Source of the DNA: Pavona decussata
Taxonomy: Eukaryota
NCBI GenBank assembly: GCA_977016875.1
Contig: CDRNST010000196.1
Span: 1,426,001-1,490,000 of the forward strand
Direction of reading: 5' to 3'
DNA: 64,000 bases
The number at the start of each line of letters is the position of its first letter. Position 1 is the first letter of the stretch. Of this stretch, positions 51,887-63,198 are shown piece after piece. The translations under genes were made by a program, and so were the position numbers. The notes under the pieces are model-generated. The model did no database searches. It saw only the letters and a list, made by a program, of their open reading frames with translations, and had not been told where the DNA came from.

Positions 51887-54800
51887 ATGGGAATAGCTCT
51901 TTCAGTTCTCCGGAGACTGTCTATACTTGCTCTTTCAACGGAAGTACAATCAGATTCCCTACCGGAGCCAACTGATTCAAAGGTGACAACAAATTTTTGA
52001 ATCATTGATAACTGAAGGGTATATAATTTCCTCGCACTTACTGGCTTTACCGAGAAAGTTTGATTGAAGCTTTTCCTAACAGTTCACTACAAATATTGAG
52101 TCATGGAATGCGCGGCTTACATGAAATCCAAACATGTGATCAATGGAAACTAAGCTACAGTGTATATTACCCACGGCGTTATTGGTTTTTCATTTTTGCT
52201 ATGGGTAATTTACAAAAAGAATTGAAATATTAGGATCTTCTTATCTGAAAACGATGGTAAGAATTTCAACTGAAAACCATAATTTCAAAAGTCGATCACG
52301 ACGGCTTAGTTCGGAGATAAAATCATTTCGCTTGAATTTCTTGGGCCTCTTACTTCTATTAACTGATCCTTCAAGTGAATTTTTCATGAAGGCATTTCAG
52401 CATTTTAGCATAGAATTAACATGGATAGCTCGTGTAAGCAGTTGTTCCGTGTTGGGGCCATAATCGACAGTAAAACTCTCCTCTCGCACAAAGACATTTT
52501 AACTCATAAGTGAGAAAAGTAAGCTGTGAAATGAGTTTGTTAGCAGTAAAATATATGAGAAAATGTTTTGTTATAATTAAATATCTCTAAACCATTTCTT
52601 TATTGCAGTGAAAAACTGAAAAACAGAGCCCTCACTTCGGATCACATTGAACATTCTTTGCAGTGATCTTCGTTTTATCATTATATGTCAAATCCTCATG
52701 CCAGATTTCACTTCCACATCCTACAATGTACAATCTTATAATTCTTTACAAAAATACAGTACGTTTCTAAAGCCCGACTTCGATATTTTATTATTGTTTG
52801 AAATATTTATTATTTTACCTCAAATTTACGAAGTCAAAACGTAGATAATTTTCTTATTACCTAGTTTGCACGTCCAATCGAAAAACTTAACTTAATTGGT
52901 ACTTAGATTTAGTAATTAAATTTCTCGGTTTTCGCATAATCAATTAACATAAGATCGGATCGGAAACGTTTGAGTGCTTAAAAAAAATTCTATAACCGAT
53001 TGAATAAAGGATTTAGATCCTACGAGTCCCGCTAATATGTTTTATTTATTGTTTTTAGTGCGCCGGTAAGTCATGATACTGGCCGAATGTTTAGTTTTTC
53101 TTTGAGACATCACTGGCTTTTTTCTTTGAGACATCAGTGCTTTATGATTGTAGTTTAAAACGCCAGATATCACCTGCAATATAGACAATATTTAAGCGAT
53201 AAGAGTTTTACATTGCACTGAACAAGCTAAGCTTCTTTCTTTGTAAAGATAAGAGAGGATTTCTTAGCATCTTACAATTAACCCAACGATGTGAATCAAA
53301 AGAGATTGAGTTTCGTCGGACTGCCATGAAAAAGATTTTGATTTTTTTCAGCGATCCGTTTTTTAAACACTGTTCTATTTTGACTACTGTGTACACTCAA
53401 CGACATTCTCAATTCGGATTGGTCGAGAGCGGTACAATTAATCCCAAATAGTACTTCGTCGGAGTACCTATTACGTTGCCTTGACATCGGTGCACAAGCA
53501 CGTCAAGAAAGATGGCCGACAGTCGATTTGCAGTTTGCAAGGAATCGAAATGTAGAACAACTAAGCAACGATGACACAAAAAAAGAACACAAACCTTTGT
53601 TCAACGATTGGTGTAGCTGGGATGAAGAGCGCAATATCAATGGTAACCTTGAAAAAAAAAAAAAAAAAATCGGCCGCAGCTTTCGTAATTTTGTTGAATG
53701 GCAAGATCTTCTCGTACAATTCGTAAACAAAGAATTTAACGTATTAAAATTGGTACTCGTTATGTTTTGAAAGTTCTCAAAATTCTCAAAGTTTTCAAAA
53801 CATTACTCGGAAGCCTGGAGTGTCAATTGATTGCATATCTTGGACAATTTGTCCTATCCTACCAAAGTTTTCGTTGCTTCTGCAACCAGTGATGCATTGA
53901 AACTCTTGGGTTATTATGAGCCAGGGGGATAATGCATTTGAAGCTATAGTAAATAAAGTCCATCTAATTGCTTTTTGTTGAACTGTCTTAACTACATTAC
54001 TTTATCACAGTAATTGAAAACTTAATTCAGTATTTAAGTCAGGTAAGGCAAAACAGCTGACACCGATAGAAAGGGTATCTTGAAATTGAAAAAAAATGCC
54101 AAATTTGAGAGTCCTGTGTTTAGAAATAGCGAATATTTAGTTTCGTCAAGTCTGACAATTTTTTTTGACATTTGTATGGAATCGGGCAAGTTTTGCCCGT
54201 CATCATGCAAACTTTTGCAAAATATCATTGAATTTATGGAACTATATCTTTACTATATTAAAAGACAAGACTCAAATTTGTTCATTTAAGAGTTAAGATT
54301 TAAGATGCGTTTCCGAAAGTGTCAATGGTGTTTCGTTTCCTGGCCTACATCAAAATTAAATTTTAAATTACTGTGATGAGAACAATTTCACTAGTTCGTT
54401 GAATTTAGTAATTTCTTTCCTACAGGATGTGGATGCTCCCCGCTGTTGTAATGACGTCAAGTGCACGAGCGCTGCAAAAACTGCGAAAGAGCTGTTAACT
54501 AACATGGAGCAAATTGAAACACAACTCCACAATGAAGTCATTCTGTGGAAATTACGGTTCATACGGGGAATCTGCACCGAGGAAAGCCGACGCAACTTCT
54601 ATGAGCTTTTGGGACAGTTTACAACCTTTAATGGAATGCTTGACACAGTTATTGAATGCGAAACAAAGTATTGCAATGCGACTGGAGCAAAACACAACGA
54701 AGATGAAGTAACCGCAACAACAAGTGAAGCTAGCGAGCCCAGGAACGTATCTCTGAGTCAAGGAAAAGCAAAACAACAGGGTGAAACGGCAGACATCGAA

Positions 54801-55094
54801 GCTGGACAGTTCAAGAGTACGGCAAATGCCGAGGCAAAAGCTTTAGCAAAAAGAAAAAGATTTTTTGCCAAAGTTCAAGAACGGAACGTGAAACTGTTGT
54901 CAGTTGTTCTAAGCAAGGTAGATGAGTGTCGTTCGATGGTTGAAATCACCTGCAATGGACAGGAATTGTCAGAAAACTTTACGGGAACGTTGGAAGGCAA
55001 TGGGGTTAAATCTTTGAGTATTTTGGAGGAGTCGATAGAGGAACAACAACCCGAATTCCGGAAGAAGGAGACAGTAGTATTGTTAACTGAATGA
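51887..55094 (+). CDS. Uncharacterised helical protein X' (about 254 aa), paralog of X, with a predicted N-myristoylation start MGIALS. Coding exons 51887-51982, 54426-55094
   Basis: Acceptor ATTCAG|51837, ATG 51887 (MGIALSVLRRLS...EPTDSK), donor AAG|GTGACA at 51983 (phase 0), acceptor TTCTTTCCTACAG|54426 in frame, stop TGA 55092-55094. Exon 2 is well supported by homology to X; exon 1 is less certain. Confidence 0.72.
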
Positions 55095-56649
55095 ATTGAT
55101 TAACTTGGGCCATCGCGCAGAATGCCCGTCGTTCGCGGGCAGTCGAGTAAAAATTATAGGTCTGTGACTGTGTGCATTCAGCCTGAACAAGGCGCCTATG
55201 ACTGATCAACGAAAACACGGCTTTTATCCACAACGGAACAGGAGCGGAACAAAAATAAATAGCTGCCTCGCGAGGTCTATGTATTGTTGATCCTTTTATG
55301 TCACAATTTCGCTCGTTTAAGTTCTAAATAGGAGCTTAATCGCTTTTCATTTTTGCTTAGCGTAAGATTTAACATGCTGAGGTTTTCGAGAAGTGCTTTT
55401 GAGTATTGTGGTAATTCACTGCTGGCAAAAGAAACCATTGGCGATAGGGGAAATGCATTTCGATTAAATAAAGTTCAACATCTTGCTCTCGAAACATTCC
55501 TGATTCATGCAAGCATTTTCTTGAGCCCTGGTACCTAGTGTTTTCTTTGAATCCGATGTGTAGACGGTAAGCGCGTTGGGGTATATCCTCAAACGAGGCC
55601 TAGTGACAAACCTTTGATCTAAACTTGTCGAACTACATTTTTCTTATATACGTCACGCATAACATTTCAGAGAAACTCAAACAACTAAATTAATTTTGCT
55701 CGGTCTTTAAACATTGGAGTGAATTAGCAGCTGTTCTTAAAGCCAGAATAAATATTCAAAAGATAAGACAATTTGGATATGATGAAATTAAAAGTTCAAC
55801 ATTACTGATCCGGCTGATGAAAGTTTTGCACTGCTGTAAACTTATCTAAAAACAATAATCACAAAACTGTGTACTGAGGATGGCACTGGGTTAACAAGAC
55901 TAGCTCAATAAATATAAAATTTTCAAACGCATAGGTCTGGTTAATTTTTGAGTTTATTATGCTTATGCTAATCCAATGAACTGATCTTCTTTTTCCCTTT
56001 TATTATGAATCGAAGCAGATTTATTGTGCTGCGTGTCTGAACTCAAGTGGATTTACCTCGGTGTGAAAACCTGTGAAGTTTTTCTTTGTTTTATTACTAT
56101 TATGTTTGTTCTACTGTTGTTTTTACTTTTTTGTTTTCTTTGTTCCACGTCACTCGTGAACGTAAGAGGTTTTTACACTGAGGGTGAGCCGCTCAAGTTT
56201 ACAACGGTATTACGAGATTCCTTAAGCTTATTTCCCCTTCGTAACTGTGGAAAGTTGCTAGTTGCGGGTGGGGAGGGGAGTGACATTTTTGAGAGGTTTT
56301 GAGAGACATTTTTCAGTCCACATTGCAAATATCACGTTAAAAGTGGGTAGTATATATTTGAATTTGTCACTAACTAACGAGAAAAAGATGAGTCTGGCTT
56401 GGTGGCGACATCATACCATATCAGTGGTAAGAGCATTTGAACGTGGCTTTTCATTGGCTGAATAACACAATCATTTAAAGTTGTTTTGTGAACTGAAACC
56501 AAACATAAGTACTGAGGTCTAGACATTTATCCGAAGCAATAAGCAAGGCCCTTGCTTCGAAACGTTTCGAACGATAAATAACATTTCATTGCATCTCAGA
56601 CTATGTGCGTGCTTACGCAGTAACACACAAAGTATAGTTTTTACTCAAC

Positions 56650-56830
56650 TCTTACCTCGATTTGTCGCTTGTATATTGCAGCTGACGATGTAGATCGCTT
56701 TCTTCGCCACTCGACATGCCATTATTGCTATCATCTTTTTGTTCTAACAGCTCAAGAACCCTCTCTCCGCTAAGGGCAACCGTTCGCGACCGCTTCACGG
56801 CCGACGCTATCTTGAGTCGAAAGAACAGTG
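56650..56830 (-). mobile_element. Probable decayed transposase 5' end (acidic N-terminus reminiscent of piggyBac)
   Basis: Minus-strand reading KIASAVKRSRTVALSGERVLELLEQKDD...GMSSGEESDL ends at a GTAAGA donor. AAGATAGCG looks like a mutated AAGATGGCG start. No catalytic domain is present in the window. Confidence 0.3.
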
Positions 56831-57816
56831 ACTTGGAGAATACGGCGTGTAGGCCACATTCAAGTGTTTTACGCTTTCTACCAAATCTTGTGGCGATCGC
56901 ATGTAACGCAAATTTTGGCAAATGTTTTCGTTATCAGTCTTCAAGTCCAGATGTAAGGTCTGGACAGAAATAAGTTAAAAGTAATAATTAAGACTTTCCG
57001 AGATACTTTTCTTCATCTGAATGTCAAAGTCTTATTTTTAGTCATTTGTCTTTCATCCGCCATCTTGTATTTGGCACGTCATTTGGTCATATACTAATTG
57101 TTTGGACAATCGCGACACATATAAATGATACAAACAAAAAAGACAAAAAACGCGACTGAAAACTTAATTCCGAGTAATTATTTTAGTTCATAACTGTTAA
57201 AAAGACAAAGATCAAATCTGATTGGTTTAAAGTAATGGCACTTATAAACAATTTATTGAAAACAGGGAGAGAATAATAGTAAGAATACATTAATAGCAAT
57301 CTTAATCAGGCTTTCAGCTGAAAGAAATTTGAGATGTACGCTTTTCCATGGGCCTGGCTCAAATCAGCATCTCAAAGATCAATATTTGAAAAACAATTAT
57401 TTCCTCCTGGCAAAGTGTGTGGAAGCCCACGCCACATGCCCATATGGCTAAAATCTTTATTTCTCTTTTTTTTTCTTTACAGGTGACATAGACTGAAGCA
57501 ATGCTGTGACCTCATTCGGGGTCAAAATGGACTTAATAATAAAAACTGTACATATGTATATGATTCTGTGACATACTACAATTCTTGCAAAGACAAGCAC
57601 TTCATGTAGCTTCAGTTCAAGGAATAACAATATTATATGATTGCATTCTTTATCATTCAGTTTCACTAATTTAAATGAATTGCACGAAAAAAAAAAACAC
57701 ACCATTTTCGAGGTGTTTGGAGATATGATGAAACTCTTTCTTGAATGTTTGATATTTCTTCTTCTAAAGTGTCTTCGTGAGCTACATTATTATAAAACCA
57801 AGAAAACAAAGAATAG

Positions 57817-58728
57817 TTATCTCAACTGAATCTCATTAGACGGTGTAGGTTCACGACATAACATGCGTTTGAAACCTAACCGAAAGTTTGTACTACGAAA
57901 AGCGTATAAAATCGGGTTGAAGCATAAACTACAACGAAACGCTACAACAAACACGGAGTGAAGAACAGAAGTCAACTTCAAATTCAAGTGTTTATCACTT
58001 CGTGAGGCTAACACTGTGTAGAAAACTAAACCCGGTGCATTACCAATAAAAAAGCCGACACTCGCCATGATAAATGTGACAACAAGTTGCGTTCTTTCCG
58101 CATTTCTTTCTCCAGCTCTCCCTGCGCAAACTGTTTTGGTAAAATAAATTCCCCTGATCAAGGCTCCGTAACAATAAAACAAGACCACTAGCTTAGAATA
58201 ATTAAGTATAGCTATTATTAACAGATAAACTTTGTCCGCCTGATTCATGTGTAAAGTCCATGGACCAACACATGTGGAATATCTCTCACTCCAGTCTTTG
58301 AAAATAAACTCTGGAAAACATATGATAACACTTGAGATCCAAATGAAGACAATGGCGTATGTAATGTTGTCTTCTTTCAGTCGCAATCCTGTTCGGAAAG
58401 GTTTCATTAAGGCGTGATATCTTTCTACTGCCAGCACAGTAAGAGTAATGGAAGAAACCGTAACACAGATTGCAATAAGCCCAAACGACTTGCAGATGAA
58501 AGTTCTAAATCCATCACTTTGAAGTTCAAGGTGATCAGCAAATTTGTATATTGGAACCAAAAGAATAGTGATGACATCGCTAACAGCCATGTTTGCTAAC
58601 AGGTAGTTTGTTGGAGTGTGCATGTCTCGTGTTTTGTGAACGATTTGAATAACCAACACATTTCCAATAAATCCAACGACAAGAAATGGAATGGTCGTCA
58701 AACTAAGGACTAATTCTGGTTCAGCCAT
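57817..58728 (-). CDS. Intronless class A GPCR, 303 aa, inverted paralog of 40115-41029
   Basis: Same 7TM motifs (GN, NMAVSD, ERY, NPILY). About 42 differences over 304 aligned positions by manual count (about 86% identity). Confidence 0.93.
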   Translation of the reverse strand: MAEPELVLSLTTIPFLVVGFIGNVLVIQIVHKTRDMHTPTNYLLANMAVSDVITILLVPIYKFADHLELQSDGFRTFICKSFGLIAICVTVSSITLTVLAVERYHALMKPFRTGLRLKEDNITYAIVFIWISSVIICFPEFIFKDWSERYSTCVGPWTLHMNQADKVYLLIIAILNYSKLVVLFYCYGALIRGIYFTKTVCAGRAGERNAERTQLVVTFIMASVGFFIGNAPGLVFYTVLASRSDKHLNLKLTSVLHSVFVVAFRCSLCFNPILYAFRSTNFRLGFKRMLCREPTPSNEIQLR

Positions 58729-59278
58729 GTTGTTCGCGAGCCAATAAATATATTTGCAGTTCCTAGCTTTTCAATCGATGGATAAAGTTTAAAGACTGAT
58801 CGCTTGGACCATCTGTTTTCACAAATTTGCATGGAGCAACTGCGCATCTGTTGTTTATACACCGTACATTAATTAAGGTTGTAAGTTGTTCCTTACTGGG
58901 TGAAAGCGCGTCATTTTAAGGCAATTTAGTCAACAAAGAAAGCTCACTTGCTGTTTCTCAATCGAAAGGAGATTTTGAAAAAAGAAGATGAAAATGACTT
59001 AAAAATAAGCTGGAGTGCATCATGTGTAGAAGGCATAGATGGGTTTTACTGATAAGTGTTATGGGCCGTATATGTTTACTGTTAAGTGTTATAAATTCTG
59101 AAATTTAAATGTTGAGTGTTTTACATGAAATTACAGTTAACTGTTATAATGCATTCTAGATACTAAATAAAATAAATTAAAAAAATTAAAAATACAGAAG
59201 TGATGTTACTGATGAAATTTACGTTAACATGCGAAAATGGGCCAATTTTTCTTAATGAGAAAAAAAAAATCGTTGAGA

Positions 59279-60136
59279 TATCTCATCGATGTCGACGGAG
59301 TGTCGACCGAGTGTCGAGTGATGCGCGACCGTCACTTGGTCGGCACTTTATCGAACTTCTGTGAGTATCGATCATCACGACGGTGGAGAGTATAGGTTGG
59401 AAGTGGACCGATATGTCGGTCGATACTGCACCGAAACTTTACCGACGCCTTGTTGTACTTAGTCGTCAATTTGCCAATACTAAGCCGGTGGTTGGTTGCT
59501 AGTTGGCCAACACTCGGCAGATACTCCAAAATGTTGGTTATGAGTGCAATTGGGAATATTTGAGAGCAAGACAAGAAAATATAAAGATGTGGTAATACCT
59601 GACGTGTGTTCCTTAAAGAATTAATGGCGTATAAATAGCCTTTAATGACCCTCTAGAACAAACGAATGAAATAAAATAAAGTAAAAGAGAAATGAACTGT
59701 TCTCCTCCTGGGTCTCGTTTAAAAATACGGATGTTTCCACTAAAAAAAAAAAAAATAAAAAAATAAAAAAAAAATTTCCACTATGATTTTAACCGAGACT
59801 TAGCTGAAACATTGCACACAGTTACCTAGTAAGGCATACTTCATCAACAATTTCATCGCTACTTTACCGATATTCTAACAATATTCTGCTGATACTTTAC
59901 CGATGCTGTGGCGAACGAACACTAGGCCGATGTCTCGACCGACAGTCGACCGACAATTTGACCGCTTATAGGTCAATGCTCGACCAAGTCTCGACCGAGT
60001 CGCAGTCGAGACTCGGTCGCATGTCGGTCGACTCTCGCCCGAGTATCGATCGAGAGACGACCGACACTTTACCGTCAATCGACGACATGTGTCGGTCGAC
60101 ATGTCGACCGAAGGAGCTTATTGCACGTTTGATCCA
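59279..60136. repeat. Decayed repeat element rich in GTCGAC/TCGACCGA motifs
   Basis: Two CpG-rich blocks (59279-59520 and 59860-60120) of reiterated GTCGACCGA-like units around an AT-rich core. Confidence 0.55.
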
Positions 60137-61479
60137 ATAACCCTATGACCCGCTGATCCAAGGATCATCATTTCTCATCTCTTCATGAACCCAGGAGCTT
60201 TCCTGCTCGTTTCCTAAAGGTCTTCCATGTTGACTATTTCTGAGTTTGTTGGTTGCTCTGTCTGTGCAAGACTTAAGATTGTGTTTTTATTGTTTTGGTG
60301 CTCATTTTGAGGTGCAGCAGTCGAAATCAAGTTTTCAGAACTTATTTCCCTGTCAGAACTCAACGGAGGATATATGCGAACTGCAAACGCTTTCAAACTA
60401 TACTGAATTCTTTCCGAGGACTGAGATGCTTTTCAGGTATTTTATTGTATCATCTACAAGGATACGGATATCCTTACCACTATCACGGGGAATGAATTTT
60501 TTCGTCCACAAAATAGGTGACATGCGTTCTCTTATTCTTCCAACACAGCGCGTGTTTATATTCCAGAAAAGTCTTAATATCGCGGACTTTGCCGGTGCCC
60601 CGTCTACGTTTCATCGTTCAATTTCGCTGAGGAACGTCTGAGGGCACTATTTGTTCCTGACCATGATGAGGTAGAGTTAGGTACGTCCATTCAGCGTCCA
60701 TACATCTAATGTAGAGTTTAGTTCTCTAAAAATATCTCAAAAGTATACTGACAAAGGGGCTGGTACCTTGGGGATATATTCTCCGTATTTGACTTATAAG
60801 ACCGTTGAGGCTTAGACTGATTATGCCTGCATTGTTTTACAAAAATTTAACTTAACGAAGTACGTTTTCAACCTCAAATTGCTTAGTCTCTGGTCAAAAT
60901 TTCGAGTTTCAAGGGAAAAAAAGAGTGTATATTTTTATCATGTTTAGAACGGCAGGTGCCACTCCTCACACGATCTGGTGTAACATAAAAAACGCTGATG
61001 CAGTAGTCCAGCGCTCAATTTTGTATCTATTGAAACGGCGGGTGAGACGCCTCACACGGTCTTGTGTGAATATAAACGCTAATACAGCCAGCCAGCGCTT
61101 AACTTTGCTCGTAATGCCTGATGTGAATTCTTAATTTAGATCAAATTCTTTCGGCATACATTAAAACAGATTATCACACCTTTGTGGTTTTGAAAAGGAA
61201 TAATCACGTGCACGGTGCGCCCTCGATTAAGCTATTTCAGGAATGCTAGTAAAATCTACTTGCATTCAGTTCCTTCGCGGGGTGTTCTCTCATGTGCAAA
61301 CTGAAGGGAAGCAATTCCTCAGTGGCTACAAATCTTTAAGCCGGCATTGTTAACTCAGCTTCCTTCGTAAGCCCTTCAGCGTTTAAGTCAAGTGTTCTAG
61401 CCACACTTTTCCCTCTGGACATTTTTAGCATTACATAGACCCATGGCGAGTGCTTTGTTCGTCTCATAAATTGTTTTTT

Positions 61480-61758
61480 GCCCTTTGTTTTCATTACAAA
61501 GACAAGAACGAACACGTTCGTTCTTCTGATGCTTATGCTTATGTCGCAGTTTTCACCGAATGAGAGCGGGGACACAAGCACAAGGCAGTCAACCGTTTCG
61601 TCCGCCATCTTGCTTAACATCGAGGGGAGCTGGTATGGAGAACTCAGTCAAGAAATGGTTTTCTGCGCGTGCGTCTGTCCTTATGCTTCTGTACGTAGTG
61701 TTCTCATTTGCTTATCTTTATGCTTAAGCTTATGCTTATGTTCTAGTGAAAACCAGCC
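61480..61758. mobile_element. Partly decayed MITE with GCTTAT sub-terminal repeats
   Basis: Right end CTAGTGAAAACCAGCC|TTA; degenerate left end TTGTTTTCATTAC; repeated (TGCTTA)n units. Confidence 0.5.
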
Positions 61759-62075
61759 TTAACTTTCATCGAATTGCTGGAGAAAGAGACTGGTCTACTG
61801 ATAGAAGAACCACTGAAGGTGATCGACTGTACCTAAAGAACTGATTATGTTTACTTGGCAGTACTTCTGCTCGGTACTAGTGAATGTGTGCCGCTAGCAC
61901 TAAAGACACAAATGATAGAACAGAGAATTAACTTTGAAGAGTACTGTATTAAAGTGCTAAGTGTATCCATGTAATTCCTACTGGGCGTTAGCCCTAGTAA
62001 GGAAATAAGAGAACGCGCGCGCGAGGTACAGAAACTTGAATCTTTGACCTGGTCGTCCTTAGCTTAATCGACTAA

Positions 62076-62491
62076 GGGGCTGTTTACATGGAGGGAGGAA
62101 GATCCTGGCACTAGGAAAATCCGAGAAGGTGGAAAAACATTTCGTTTGATTTACATGCAGAAATTTCGGCCCAAGTGGTCACCAAGTGGAGAAGGAAAAG
62201 AAGAATAACTGTCGGCCTTGAGCAATTGAACGCCGGGTTGCCGCCATGTTTGTTCTTTTTGCCCCTAGTACTAGGATCTTCCGAGCGAAAGTAGTTTACA
62301 TGGTGCTAGGATCTTCCTAGTGCTAGGATCTTCCTATCTCTCAGCTAGGAAGTTCCTATCTCTAGGAAGATCCTAGGGCCAAGTACAACTTTTTGCATGT
62401 AAACTGAATAGAGAAAACATATGGCGCTAGGATGATCCGCCCTCTGGGTCTTCTGGTGCTAGGATCTTCCTCCTTTCATTTAAACAGTCCC
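62076..62491. mobile_element. PIF/Harbinger-type MITE with a TAA target-site duplication
   Basis: TAA|GGGGCTGTTTACATGGAGGGAGGAAGATCCTGGCAC ... GTGCTAGGATCTTCCTCCTTTCATTTAAACAGTCCC|TAA. Many internal CTAGGATCTTCC repeats. Confidence 0.85.
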
Positions 62492-63143
62492 TAACCCAAG
62501 ACTTGCTCCCGTCTTGCCTCGTAGCTGATAATGGTGGTAATTGCAACAATGTGAGCGTTAGACTTGCCTCAAGTCTTCTTCTTATGCGCCGAAAGATTGA
62601 CCGGCGAGCGACGCCGGGAAAACGGACTATGAGCAAGTCTATATGAATGTGAAAGGGACTAAATGTTGTGCTGCCAGCACTAATTGAGGACACAAATGAT
62701 GGATCGGAGAATAACCCCTGTAGTGCATGTTAAAGTGCTAAAGTGAACAAATGAAATTCATACTCCTTGAGCATTAACCCTAGTAAGGAAATGGGAGACG
62801 AGTGTGTTCGACTTGATTGTAATTGCGCAGTCAAGGGAGTTCGAAAATTTGACAATAACAATAACACTAAAAAAAAAAAAAAAATAGAATAAGCAAAAAA
62901 GAAACGAAAAAACATGAAGGAAAACTTACAAAATGTTGATTTCATATTGCTCAGTCAAAGTGACAAAGCTATATTCTTATCTTGTAACGAACAGGACTTC
63001 TCACCGTAAATAATATTGGTGCCTTAAGGCTAGTTTACAAGTACAGATTAATAGCACTGATTTGGTCCAATTTGACAAAGAAAATGAGTTAACGGACCAA
63101 AATGATCCCCATATACAAAAAGCTGTGGTAGTGCTACAGATGG

Positions 63144-63198
63144 TGTTGGTGTTGTGCCGGATGAAAGTCGGTAACTTTCATCCGGCACTCCACCAACA
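63144..63198. ncRNA. Pre-miRNA-like hairpin candidate
   Basis: 25-bp stem with 23 Watson-Crick pairs (TGTTGGTGTTGTGCCGGATGAAAGT / ACTTTCATCCGGCACTCCACCAACA) and a 5-nt loop. No expression evidence. Confidence 0.3.

Noticed and set aside
53059-53065. Possible 7-nt microexon TTTTAG|TGCGCCG|GTAAGT in the X' intron
   Set aside because: It would shift the frame between two phase-0 junctions. No support without RNA data, although a regulatory poison exon cannot be excluded.
40115-58728. The inverted GPCR pair as a haplotype or assembly artefact around the gap
   Set aside because: About 14% amino-acid divergence, non-homologous 3' flanks and highly diverged inner genes are too different for alleles.
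60246-60641. 131-aa ORF with a possible internal exon
   Set aside because: No recognisable motif, non-ATG start and no partner exons found.
62290-62470. Repeated CTAGGATCTTCC units, and GTCGAC units at 59.3-60.1 kb, superficially like a CRISPR array
   Set aside because: Eukaryotic context, irregular spacing, no unique spacers and no cas genes. They are internal transposon repeats.
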